From assembly GCA_963727525.1 (NCBI GenBank), contig CAVSGO010000005.1, positions 736,001 to 800,000 of the forward strand: a stretch of DNA of 64,000 bases, given 5' to 3'. Under the pieces are notes generated by a model. It saw only the letters and a program-made list of their open reading frames with translations, had not been told where the DNA came from and searched no databases. Source of the DNA: an uncultured bacterium. GTDB lineage: Bacteria; Krumholzibacteriota; Krumholzibacteriia; LZORAL124-64-63. Each line of letters begins with the position of its first letter. Position 1 is the first letter of the stretch. Shown here piece after piece: positions 11,625 through 21,193 of the stretch. Made by a program: the position numbers and the translations under genes.

Positions 11625-12212
11625 CTAGGCGGGGGACGCCGCGAGCGCCAGCAGCACGCCTCGTATCGTGCGCACGAAGCGGGCCTCGAGCGGCCCGCCC
11701 CGGATGGCACGCGGCAACTCGAGCTGGACGCCGGCGCCACGGCGGCCGCGGTTGCAGATGTTGTCGGTATCTGTGGCGGCGAACTCGTGACCGTCGGGGG
11801 CGAGGGTGAACCCCGCGGTGGCGAGCGCCTCGCGTATCAGCGTGGCGAGCGCGGTGTCCAGCCCGCCCACGTAGACCTGGCCACCGTAGTCCTCGCAGCC
11901 GTGGATCGTGACCACGGTGTCGCACGCGCGTACCAGCGCCAGGCAGCGCGGTTCGTCGAAGTGGCGGCTGGTCAGGTGCAGGCGCGCGTAGTTCTCGCGC
12001 GGACGCGTACCCTCGAACACGTAGTAGCTGAACTCGGCGCCGGCGATGCCACGGGCGATCTCGGCGGTGCGCCGTTCGATCGCACCGCCGTGAGGTGCCA
12101 CCACGGCCACGGATGTCCCGGGCCGTTCCTGGACAGTGACACGATAGTCGCGCCCCTCCCTCTCGCGGCGAGCGAGCGCGGCGTAGTCGCAATAGCGGTC
12201 CTGGTGGCTCAT
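11625..12212 (-). CDS. Poly-gamma-glutamate hydrolase family protein (YjqB/PghP-like)
   Basis: VAPHGGAIE, HLTSRHFDEP, TIHGC, NICNRG, GVQLEL; start MSHQDRY overlaps the TMEM175 stop (ATGA). Confidence 0.85.
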   Translation of the reverse strand: MSHQDRYCDYAALARREREGRDYRVTVQERPGTSVAVVAPHGGAIERRTAEIARGIAGAEFSYYVFEGTRPRENYARLHLTSRHFDEPRCLALVRACDTVVTIHGCEDYGGQVYVGGLDTALATLIREALATAGFTLAPDGHEFAATDTDNICNRGRRGAGVQLELPRAIRGGPLEARFVRTIRGVLLALAASPA

Positions 12213-12787
12213 GATGCGCCGATCGTGCGCTCGATGCGCGAATCCGGCACGAGCCACATGACAGCCACCAGAACGAAGATGCCGCAGGCGACGAGAGGCT
12301 GCACGAACGCGAGCGGGATCGCGACCGCATACAGCACCGTGGAGACGATGCCCTTCCCATCGCGGCCGACGGCGGCCGCCAGGTGCGAATCGCCGCGCTC
12401 CGCGGCGATGAGCACGCGCGTGAGGATATAGTACGCGACCGAGGCCCCGAGTAGCACCACGCCGTACAGGGCCACCGGCCACGCGGCAAAGTGATTCTCG
12501 CCCATCCAGGCCGTCACCAGCGGTGTGAGCGAGAGCCAGAAGAGCAGGTGCAGGTTGGCCCAGAGCGCACCACCGGAAACACGGCGCACGGCCTGGAAGA
12601 GATGGTGATGGTTGCTCCAGTAGATACCGATGAACACGTAGCTGAGGATGTAGCTCAGGAACACGGGGATGAGCGGTTGCAGCGCCGCGAGCGACGCTCC
12701 GTGCGGTGCGCGCATCTCGAGCACCATGATGGTGATGATGATGGCGATGACGCCATCGCTGAAGCTCTGCAGTCGATCCTTGGTCAC
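12209..12787 (-). CDS. TMEM175 family potassium channel
   Basis: RLQSFSDGVIAIIITIMVLE, YWSNHHHLF and LWANLHLLFWLSL signatures. Confidence 0.9.
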   Translation of the reverse strand: MTKDRLQSFSDGVIAIIITIMVLEMRAPHGASLAALQPLIPVFLSYILSYVFIGIYWSNHHHLFQAVRRVSGGALWANLHLLFWLSLTPLVTAWMGENHFAAWPVALYGVVLLGASVAYYILTRVLIAAERGDSHLAAAVGRDGKGIVSTVLYAVAIPLAFVQPLVACGIFVLVAVMWLVPDSRIERTIGAS

Positions 12788-12886
12788 GCCAGGCCTCCCA
12801 GAAGCGCCGTCATCTTAGCGGCAGATACTGTTGACGGGGAGTGGAACTTTACGATGCTGAATAGATCTCCAGCGGAAGGACCGTCC

Positions 12887-13474
12887 ATGGCCACGATCGT
12901 CGGCATCTCGGGCAGCCTGAGAAAACACTCCTTCAATACCGCGCTCCTGCGGGTTCTCGCCGCACTCGCACCGAAGGGCAGCGAACTGCGTATCGAGTCG
13001 ATTGCCGGCATCCCACTCTACAATGCGGACGACGAAGCAGCTACGGGCGTACCCGATACCGTCGCACATCTGAAGGACGCGATCGCCGGGACCGACGGGC
13101 TGCTGATCGCAACGCCGGAATACAACAACTCCATCCCGGGCGTCACCAAGAATGCGATCGACTGGCTCTCGCGTCCACCGGCGGACATCGCACGCGTGTT
13201 CCATAGCCGACCGGTGGCCATCGCCGGGGCCTCGCCCGGCGGCTTCGGCACGGTGCTGTCGCAGAACGCGTGGCTGACGGTGATGCGCACCCTGGGCGTC
13301 GATCTCTGGTCGGGCCGGCTGCTCGTCTCGCGGGCCTCGACGGTCTTCGACGAAGACGACAAGCTGATCGACGGCAGCCTGCGCGACAAGGCACGCGCCT
13401 TCATCGAAGGATTCGTCGGCTTCGTGGAGGCCCGTCAGGCGAGCGCGACGAAGAAAAGCCGCGGGAACGGATAG
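12887..13474 (+). CDS. NADPH-dependent FMN reductase (ChrR/SsuE-like)
   Basis: ISGSLRKHSFN, ATPEYNNSIPG, KNAIDWLSRP, GASPGGFG; start MATIVG at 12887 with GAAGGA RBS. Confidence 0.9.
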   Translation: MATIVGISGSLRKHSFNTALLRVLAALAPKGSELRIESIAGIPLYNADDEAATGVPDTVAHLKDAIAGTDGLLIATPEYNNSIPGVTKNAIDWLSRPPADIARVFHSRPVAIAGASPGGFGTVLSQNAWLTVMRTLGVDLWSGRLLVSRASTVFDEDDKLIDGSLRDKARAFIEGFVGFVEARQASATKKSRGNG

Positions 13475-14229
13475 TGCGTGCGGCCGTCCGGCGCCGGGGG
13501 ATAGGCCTCACGCAGACGCGCTTCGTACGCGGCGAGGAAACGCGCGCGTTCCGGCTCGGTGAGCCCCGTCAGCACCGGACGCAACGTCGTGCCCGACACC
13601 CAGGCCAGAACCGGGTTCGCCCCCTCGAGCCACTGCTGGTACTCCGTGACCCAGATGTCGAGGCTACGCACGTGCGGCGCGAGGAGATCATGGTACCACC
13701 GCGGCGACTGCACCCAGCGCCGCCCCATCGCCCGCCGCAAGGCCTCGCTCCCCAGCGGCCGCCCGCCCTCACCCCCATCGGCGAGCGTCTCCCGCAGGAG
13801 GCGGTGCGATGGCAAGTCCCAGCTCAGCGGCATTTGCACGGCGAGGCAGCCTCCTGGCGCGAGGTAGCCCGCAAGGCGCGGCAGGAGCGCGGCGTGATCG
13901 TCGACCCAGTGCAGGGCCGCGTTCGTGTAGAGAAGGTCGACCGGAACCGCCGGCGACCAGCTCTCGATGTCCCCCTCGATCCATCGCACTTCGCCGCCCC
14001 GGGCGTGTGCCTTCGCCAGCATGTCGGGCGAGCTATCAACGCCGGCGACGTCGGCCGACGGCCAGAAGTCGGCCATGATACGCGTGACATCACCCGCGCC
14101 ACACCCGAGATCGACAACCGTGCCCGGCGCCTCCAGTGGCACCTGCTGCAGCAGGTCGATGGCGGGCCGGCGACGATAGTCGGCGAAGGCTAGATAGCGG
14201 TCGGGATTCCAGCGCACTGTGGATTCCAT
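13435..14229 (-). CDS. tam: Trans-aconitate 2-methyltransferase
   Basis: WNPDRYLAFADYRRRPAIDLL, DLGCGAG, NAALHWV, LAVQMP, YPFPRLFFVA. Confidence 0.85.
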   Translation of the reverse strand: MESTVRWNPDRYLAFADYRRRPAIDLLQQVPLEAPGTVVDLGCGAGDVTRIMADFWPSADVAGVDSSPDMLAKAHARGGEVRWIEGDIESWSPAVPVDLLYTNAALHWVDDHAALLPRLAGYLAPGGCLAVQMPLSWDLPSHRLLRETLADGGEGGRPLGSEALRRAMGRRWVQSPRWYHDLLAPHVRSLDIWVTEYQQWLEGANPVLAWVSGTTLRPVLTGLTEPERARFLAAYEARLREAYPPAPDGRTHYPFPRLFFVALA

Positions 14230-14246
14230 GACGACACTCCTCGCGG

Positions 14247-14653
14247 TCAGGGCGCGCGCACCACCCAGCGCGGCGCGGTGTTCACCACGTGACGCAGTAG
14301 CAGATTGAGTTGCCCCACGCCGTGTTGCACGTGGCGCAGGTTGTAGACGAGCAGTTCCGCAAAGGTGGGTGATCCCCAGCGGAAGGTGCAGACGCGCCGC
14401 GCATCCTCGGGTGTGAGCGCCGCGATGATGGCGAAGGCCTGGCGCCGGCCGTGCGCGAGATACGCGCGCATCTCGTCCGGCGTGAAAACTCGTGGTGACA
14501 GCACACCCGCGGGATCCAGCTCCTCGAGACCGAACGGATCCGGTGGCGCGAAACCCTCGACCGTACCGCCGAGATAGAGGTCATGCCTGAAGAGCGTGTG
14601 GAAGGTGAGATACCAGAACGGCGGCTCGCAAGAGCTTCCTGCCAGATGTCCAT
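14247..14653 (-). pseudogene. DinB-family gene with apparent internal deletion and frameshift
   Basis: GGAGG RBS and ATG 14653 give MDIWQEALAS, then a second frame continues EPPFWYLTFHTLF...ELLVYNLRHVQHGVGQLNLLL (DinB H/HxxH pattern). Confidence 0.6.
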
Positions 14654-14768
14654 GAGCCTACCTCCCGGGTTCGTACGTGTCGGGGGCCGTCGATGACGGC
14701 GGTGCAGCCTGTGCGGCGAACGCAGTCGAGGACCTGGCCAGGAACCTGGTGCTGGTACGGTAGCCGGA

Positions 14769-16301
14769 TCACGGACGTGGGTCCGGCGGTGGCGGGTCGT
14801 CGTACGACTCCTCGATCTCGTCGACGTTGATGTGTCCCATGTCGCCCGTCTCGTCATCGACGATCGTGAGGTACACGTCACGCCCCTGCAACGGTCGCAG
14901 ATCCCAGTACCGCCAGCTCATGGTCTCGATGCCCTCGCCGGTCTCGCTGTACAGCGCCGTGTCGGCATCCGCGTCGACCAGGGAGACATAACAGGTCTGT
15001 GGGTAGATGCCGCCGCCCACGAGCATGCGCATGGAGTTGCCCGTCACGGTGAACGTATCCGTGGCCACGCTGCCGCGCACGCCATCGCCGAAGAACGCGC
15101 CGGCCGATCCGACCCCGGAGAGCGGGCCCTGGTAGTACTCCTTGCTGCCGAAATAGAAATTCCCCACCGGACCTGCAGGCGCTTCGCCGCGACGCAACGG
15201 ATTGTCGCCGAAGCAGGGATTGCCGAGCGTCGCGACGCCGTTGCGGACAGCGAAATAGCGGTCGAGGGGATGCGGCTTGTACACCGTGGGCGGGTCCAGC
15301 CCGGGCTGGAACTGCAAGGTGTCGATGCGCACGACAAACGAGAGCGCCGTGTGGTTGACTTCCTGGTACGTCCCGAGGCGTGAGAAAAGCCAGGGTCCGT
15401 CCTGATCGAACTGATCGACTTCGGGGGCAATGCCCGAGGGGTCGATGACCGTCCGGTTGGCGAACGACAATCCCGCGGGGTCGTCCGCGCTGATGTGGTT
15501 GATCCCTTCGACACCGTACTCCACGAAGAACAGGTGGTGCACGCCGTCCACCACCTTGTATTGCATGCTCTCCATCACGTTGCCGGGGTTGCTGCCGTCA
15601 TTGCGGAAGAAGATGCTCTGCGCATCCCAGTGCAGCTGATCGGCCGACGTGATATCGGCCGTGACGCCCTGGAATCCGCTGGGACCGTCGGCCGCCGCGG
15701 TCATCAGCATGTGCCATAGCGATCCGTCGTAGTAGACGTACGGGTCGCGGAAATTGCCGAAGGAACCGTTGGGATTCCAGATGAAGATGCTGTGATCCGG
15801 CACCACGACCGGATTGAGCCGCGTCTTGTACCAGGTCGTCAGATCTCGCGACCAGGCCAGGGCGCCGCGCTGGTTGTAATCCGCATCGACGGCGGTGTAC
15901 GCCATCCACCAGAGGCCGTTCTCCGGGTTGAAGAACACGTCGGGAGCCCACATGGCCAGGGATTCGAAAGAGTCGCTGGAAACCCACAGCGCGGGCACCG
16001 GCGCCGTCCAGTGGATGAGGTCGTGGGTGGTGGCGTGGTAGATCGTATCCGCCGAGGCCGGCGTCGGGGACGACTCGGGTATGCCGTGATAGAAGATGTG
16101 GTACGTGCTGTCGACCCTCACGAGCGAGAAATCCCAGACCTGAACGTACGGGTGCACGTAGTAGGGCTGCTCGAAGTCGATCTTGAGGAGAGCCAGCGCG
16201 GGACGACTCGCGCCGAGAACGACGCACGTGAGCCAGACCGTGGCGATGATCATGAAAGGGCGGCGCCACCGGAACTGGTCGGATCGAGGGGACGGGATCA
16301 T
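14769..16301 (-). CDS. Secreted glycoside hydrolase-like protein, five-bladed propeller (GH32/GH43-like) with C-terminal beta-sandwich
   Basis: Signal peptide; WDF, YHIFY, HATTHDLIHW, WAPDV, FRDPYV motifs; C-terminal WDLRPLQGRDVYLTIVD...GHINVDEI. Start uncertain (16301 or 16253). Confidence 0.7.
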   Translation of the reverse strand: MIPSPRSDQFRWRRPFMIIATVWLTCVVLGASRPALALLKIDFEQPYYVHPYVQVWDFSLVRVDSTYHIFYHGIPESSPTPASADTIYHATTHDLIHWTAPVPALWVSSDSFESLAMWAPDVFFNPENGLWWMAYTAVDADYNQRGALAWSRDLTTWYKTRLNPVVVPDHSIFIWNPNGSFGNFRDPYVYYDGSLWHMLMTAAADGPSGFQGVTADITSADQLHWDAQSIFFRNDGSNPGNVMESMQYKVVDGVHHLFFVEYGVEGINHISADDPAGLSFANRTVIDPSGIAPEVDQFDQDGPWLFSRLGTYQEVNHTALSFVVRIDTLQFQPGLDPPTVYKPHPLDRYFAVRNGVATLGNPCFGDNPLRRGEAPAGPVGNFYFGSKEYYQGPLSGVGSAGAFFGDGVRGSVATDTFTVTGNSMRMLVGGGIYPQTCYVSLVDADADTALYSETGEGIETMSWRYWDLRPLQGRDVYLTIVDDETGDMGHINVDEIEESYDDPPPPDPRP

Positions 16302-16489
16302 GCGGACGTCAACCTTTCGTTGTGTGCGTTCCGGGCCGCGTCCAGCGCGGCGAGACGCTTCGATTCTACCATGAATCTGTGGTTCGATCGCGCGCTCCGC
16401 CTGATTTTGTCGTGATCCGCGGCGTCGCCTGATATAAGATGATGAAGATCTTGTATCAGATATCCCGCATCGCAACGATCGGAGACGCC

Positions 16490-18505
16490 ATGTTCTCGCC
16501 CCGCGCCCGTCGCCGCATGCTCGCCACCCCCCTGTGGGCTCTCTTGTTGCCGCTCGTGTCATGTGGGGACGATGACAGGTCCCCCACGACCCCCGGGGCC
16601 ACGACGCTCGATGCGTCGGGCACCATCGGGCCGGCCGGCGGCTCCATCCGGTCCGCAGACGGCCGTCTCGTTCTCACCGTTCCGGCCGGAGCCCTGGACG
16701 AGGACACGGAGATCGTCATCACCGAGGTGACCGCCAAGGATCTCTCCGTGACCGGCGAGGGCATGGACGTGTCCCACGCCCTCACGATGGAACCGGCCGG
16801 CCTCGCGTTCGACGTGGGCATCACCCTGGAACTGCAGTATGTCATCAAGGACGCCGGCGACAACGATTCCGGGGTCGACTTCGAGCTACGCCTCGAGATG
16901 GTCGTGGTCAGCGAGGACGACGAGCAGACCGCGGCCGTGCGGGCGATCCCCGAGCAGACGGCTGTCCTCGGTCCCGCCGGCAGCGACGGCCGGCAGGAAC
17001 TCGTGCTCCATACCCTGCCGCGCGAGCTGGTCCTCGGTACGCCCGTGGCCGTGGTCGACGGCGCAACGGTGGCGACCACCGTGGCCGGTCTGAGCGCCGA
17101 GGTCCCCGCGCAAGCCGTGGAGAATACCTCGTTCACCGCTCAGGTGCTGTTCGCCTACTCCCTGGCCCTCACCTTCGCATCCGATGCCCACTACGGACCG
17201 GTCGCCCTCGTGAATCTCGCCACGCTGCTCGAGGAAGGCGACGTTGTCGACGTGCAGGAGGTCGTCGATCCCGTTGGCCTGTCCAAGCAGTTCGCCCTGC
17301 TTGCCTACGTGGCGGGGATCCCGGGGCCGGCCACCTGGAATCTGGCCTTGCGAACCGAGTTCAACGTGCTAGCCGCACTCGCATTTCCCGACGCTCAGAA
17401 TCTTCCACTGGTTCTCGGAGCCATCGAGGTCCTGTTCCAGTTCGCCCCGATCAATCTCGCCATCCTCGCGACCACTGGCGGCCACGACGACCTGGGCCCG
17501 GGGCTCTGGTATCTGACGGCCCTGGTCGAGTCGGCCTTCCCCGTGCGCGGCCTGACGGGCTTTCCCTTCGACAACACCCTGGCCGTGGGTGCCGGTAACG
17601 GCACCACCCTCTGGTCGCTCGACGCCGCCACCCCGGCGGTAGCCGTCTACACCGGCTTCAACCAATCCTCGCTCGTGATCTGGGAGTGCCTGATGATGGC
17701 TGCCGGCAACAAGGACGCCGCTCCGGGATCGATCGCCATGGTCCAAGCAGGCCCCGCAGGCGCCAGACTCACCCAGTGGATTCCCGCAGACAACGCGTTC
17801 GGTGCGACCGGAGTTATCGAGTTCCAGTCCGGTGTCACCGACCTCCAACCCTTCGACGCCGACGCGCTCTCGGGTGGCTTCGTCTACGTGGCCAGCGCGA
17901 GCGGTGCGGTGCGCATGGTCGAATACGACGCGGATTCCGGCTACTACGACGACGTCCGGCAGATCACCGACTTTCCCGAGGCCCCTGGCACGCCTTTCAC
18001 CGCCGCCGTGCGCCGGGGCGCCGGCGCCGTGGTGGTCACCGCTGGCTCGCCGGGCATGATCTACCATCACGATCTGGTGGACACCTTCGCGCCAGCCGTG
18101 GCTGTCGGTGACGCAGGCGACTCGCCGCGTCGGATTCGCACCGCCGGCGATCTCGCCTTCGTCAGCAACTTCGATTCGGACGAGCTCACGATCCTCGCCT
18201 GGAGCCCGACCGGCGCCGTGAGCGTGGTCGGTGCGGTCACGGTGGGTGATGGCCCCGTGGGAATCGACGCCCTCGAATTGCCCGACGGCACCGTCGCCGT
18301 CGTCAGCACGGGCTTCCACGACGACACCAGCACCGTGACGATCGTCGACGCGACCGGCGCGGTGATCTCGAACACCACGAGCGACCTGCCCGACGGTGCG
18401 CTCTCACCGGGCCATGCGGTGTGGCTGCGAGGCGACGCATTGCACTACGCGGTGACGTGCAATGAGAGTGGTCATCTGGTGGTGGTGGATCCGGGGCTGG
18501 AATGA
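16490..18505 (+). CDS. Large lipoprotein: ZU5-like N-terminal domain and C-terminal YncE-like beta-propeller
   Basis: LVS-C lipobox; IGPAGGSI...LTVPAGAL ZU5-like motif; AFVSNFDSDELTI and VGDGPVGI propeller repeats. Confidence 0.65.
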   Translation: MFSPRARRRMLATPLWALLLPLVSCGDDDRSPTTPGATTLDASGTIGPAGGSIRSADGRLVLTVPAGALDEDTEIVITEVTAKDLSVTGEGMDVSHALTMEPAGLAFDVGITLELQYVIKDAGDNDSGVDFELRLEMVVVSEDDEQTAAVRAIPEQTAVLGPAGSDGRQELVLHTLPRELVLGTPVAVVDGATVATTVAGLSAEVPAQAVENTSFTAQVLFAYSLALTFASDAHYGPVALVNLATLLEEGDVVDVQEVVDPVGLSKQFALLAYVAGIPGPATWNLALRTEFNVLAALAFPDAQNLPLVLGAIEVLFQFAPINLAILATTGGHDDLGPGLWYLTALVESAFPVRGLTGFPFDNTLAVGAGNGTTLWSLDAATPAVAVYTGFNQSSLVIWECLMMAAGNKDAAPGSIAMVQAGPAGARLTQWIPADNAFGATGVIEFQSGVTDLQPFDADALSGGFVYVASASGAVRMVEYDADSGYYDDVRQITDFPEAPGTPFTAAVRRGAGAVVVTAGSPGMIYHHDLVDTFAPAVAVGDAGDSPRRIRTAGDLAFVSNFDSDELTILAWSPTGAVSVVGAVTVGDGPVGIDALELPDGTVAVVSTGFHDDTSTVTIVDATGAVISNTTSDLPDGALSPGHAVWLRGDALHYAVTCNESGHLVVVDPGLE

Positions 18506-18712
18506 GGCGCAGGCAGGGGTGCGAACCGGAGGCGGCCCGCACCCCTCGTAGACCGACTGGCGGAATACTGTCTTGATGCGACCCCAGGTAGATGCCGACG
18601 CCGTTCTCGGCTCTACCGAACCACGCGTTCCGGCACGTGGACGGCGTACGCATCATCGACGTGCTCGATCACCAGCAGGTACAGCGCAGCACAGCCGGCG
18701 TCGGGCGTCAGG

Positions 18713-19393
18713 TCAACGTGCGTATAGCGCCTTGATCGACGACCAGGACGTGGGAACCGTCGCGACGGTATCGAGCTCGAGTGTCAGGTTGTCGATCATG
18801 CCCCGCGGCATCGAGTAATCGGCTCCATAGGTCGCATAGAGATGAAGTTGATCGAACGACGCACCCGCGATCGAGAGGGTGGTCCACGTCGGATCATCGC
18901 GATCGGAATCGCCAGCGATCGCGAACTCGGTCGAGGCGACGACCGTTCCACCGAGCAGACCGTCCAGGTGCCAGACGATGCCACCCCAGACCCCGTTCTC
19001 GTAGAAGGCGATATCGAGTGCGGCGGCGGTGCACGCTGACGGCAGGTCCATGGCCACGGTCGCGAGCCCACCGATCGTCAGATTGTCGCCCGGCACGAAA
19101 GCGATCCCGAACGTCATCGCGTTCACCGGGCTGCCGTATCCCGGAAAATCGACGTAGAAGAGTCCGGCGTCCTCGATGATGAACTGGTCGTCCGGCTGCG
19201 GATCGAAGGTCCCACCGTCAGGAAACACGCCCGCGACCGTGTTGAGGTCGTGATACGTCACGCCATCAACCGCGACAGGATTGCCGAGCACGCCCTCGGC
19301 GAGACTCTCGTAGTCGGACACGATCGTCGTGGCGCCCGCGGCCGCGACCGCGAGCGCGATGGCACAGAGAACACTGATTCGCAAGATTCGCAT
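18713..19393 (-). CDS. Secreted hypothetical protein with C-terminal SWSSIKALY motif
   Basis: Signal peptide MRILRISVLCAIALAVAAAGA; acidic beta-rich body; C-terminus VATVPTSWSSIKALYAR. Confidence 0.75.
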   Translation of the reverse strand: MRILRISVLCAIALAVAAAGATTIVSDYESLAEGVLGNPVAVDGVTYHDLNTVAGVFPDGGTFDPQPDDQFIIEDAGLFYVDFPGYGSPVNAMTFGIAFVPGDNLTIGGLATVAMDLPSACTAAALDIAFYENGVWGGIVWHLDGLLGGTVVASTEFAIAGDSDRDDPTWTTLSIAGASFDQLHLYATYGADYSMPRGMIDNLTLELDTVATVPTSWSSIKALYAR

Positions 19394-19633
19394 GGTGATG
19401 CTCCGAGATTCGGGGATTGCAAATGAGAGCACTGTCGGAATGATGATCCGTACGATCAACTGGTTCCGCCACTCTCCATGGCTTGCGCGGGCGGATCGAC
19501 CTGGCCCACGGCGGTCCGCGCCGGATATGTCGTGTGAACCGGGATCGCAGGCCGTTCCGACACGCTGGACGATCGGACCGCGTCACTCATGGTTCCGGAC
19601 GAACCGGTATCTTGCAAGCGTTCGCGCTCGCCG

Positions 19634-21193
19634 CTAGATCCGCACCTGCCAAACGCTATCGATCACCGTGCCGTCCACCCACTTGATCGCGGCCACGACA
19701 TCGTCGCCGTGGTCCGGGCGCTCGGGCTTGCCGCCGCAGACGTCCTCTACCTCGGCTTTCAGATCATGGATGGAGCGGATGGGCAGCGATGAGCCGCGCA
19801 CGGCGTCGAGCAGGTCGACGCGGAGCGGATTGATGGCTATGCCGCGCTCGGTGACGATGACGTCGATCAGTTCGCCGGGGCCGCAGAGAGTGGTGACCTC
19901 GTCCACGATCACGGGGATGCGGTCGCGGAAGGAGGGGATCGGCAGGATGGTGCATTTCGAGAACAGGCAGTTCTGCCAGCCTCCGATGCCGTGGAGCAAG
20001 CGGCCGTCGCTGTGGGTGACGACGTTGGCGTTGAAGTTCACGTCGACCTCGGTAGCGCCCAGCACCACCACATCGAGCATGGAGGCGAAGTTGCCCTTGC
20101 CATGCCAATTGTAACTGGTGAAGGGCGACGTGTTCACGTGGCGCGGGTTCTCCCGCATGGAACGCACGCCCGCGAGATCGAAGGTCTGGCCGTCGAGGAT
20201 GTAGTCCGTGAGGCCCTCCTCGAGCATCTGCACGAGGTACTGTGTGGAGCCGCCGCGCACGAAGCGTGCCTTCACCTGCTTCTCGCGCATGAGGTCGCGC
20301 AGGAAGAGGGCGAAGCTCAGCGCTGTGCCGCCGGCACCGGCCTGGAAGCTGAAGCCATTCTGCAGGATGCCGACCTCGTCGACGAAGCGCGCCGTTAGTT
20401 CGGCGATGAGCAGGCGGTCGGGCGAGCGGGTGATCTGCGTGGTGCCGGAAACGATCTTGCTGGGATCGCCGATCGAGTCGATCACCACCACCTGGTCGAC
20501 GTTGTTGCCCTGGATCTGCCAGGGGATGCAGGGGAAGTCGACCAGGTTGTCGGTGACCACGATGACATGGTCGGCGTAGATCGAGTCGGCCAGCGCGAAG
20601 CCCAGCAGGCCGCAGGCGGCCGGGCCGCGATCACCGGTGGCATTGCCGAATGGGTCGGCCGTGGGGGCAGCGATGACGGCGATGTCGATGGACACCTCGC
20701 CGTCCTGGATCGCCTGCCAGCGTCCGCCGTGGCTGCGCAGCACACCCATACCGCGCATCTTGCCCCGCGAGGTGTAGTCGCCGAGGGGCCCGTTCATGGA
20801 CCCTTCGATGTGATGGATCACGCCGCTCTCGAGCAGGTCGATCAACGGCGCGTGGCAGGGGAACGCCGCGCTGGGGAACCAGCGCAGGTCCTTCACGCCC
20901 AGGTTGGCGGCGGCCAGGAAGACCTGGTTGACCACCTTGTCGCCGTTGCGCAGGTGGTGGTGGCTGCTGATGGTCATGCCGTCGCGCAGGCCGGCGTTGC
21001 GCAGCGCCGTTTCGAGGTCCTTGACCACCTTGTAGCCGTCCTGCGGATAGTCGCAGCACGAGCGGACGGGCGGTGCGGCCTTGCGCCCCTCGGGACGGTG
21101 GTGCTGACAGAGACTCCGGAATGGCGTCTGCGGCACCCCATTGATCTCGGCCGGCACCATCCGGCCGGCGGCGTTCTGCACCAGCTTCGTCAT
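19634..21193 (-). CDS. citF: Citrate lyase alpha subunit (citrate CoA-transferase)
   Basis: LRDGMTISSHHHLRNGD, RSHGGR, FSFQAGAGG, LGATEVDVNFNANV, DVIVTERGIAINP. Confidence 0.93.
   Translation of the reverse strand: MTKLVQNAAGRMVPAEINGVPQTPFRSLCQHHRPEGRKAAPPVRSCCDYPQDGYKVVKDLETALRNAGLRDGMTISSHHHLRNGDKVVNQVFLAAANLGVKDLRWFPSAAFPCHAPLIDLLESGVIHHIEGSMNGPLGDYTSRGKMRGMGVLRSHGGRWQAIQDGEVSIDIAVIAAPTADPFGNATGDRGPAACGLLGFALADSIYADHVIVVTDNLVDFPCIPWQIQGNNVDQVVVIDSIGDPSKIVSGTTQITRSPDRLLIAELTARFVDEVGILQNGFSFQAGAGGTALSFALFLRDLMREKQVKARFVRGGSTQYLVQMLEEGLTDYILDGQTFDLAGVRSMRENPRHVNTSPFTSYNWHGKGNFASMLDVVVLGATEVDVNFNANVVTHSDGRLLHGIGGWQNCLFSKCTILPIPSFRDRIPVIVDEVTTLCGPGELIDVIVTERGIAINPLRVDLLDAVRGSSLPIRSIHDLKAEVEDVCGGKPERPDHGDDVVAAIKWVDGTVIDSVWQVRI

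Noticed and set aside
14658..14771. TGA read-through (selenocysteine) extension of the glycosidase-like gene
   Set aside because: The extension is short, low-complexity, not in a Cys-like context, and no SECIS-like hairpin is evident.
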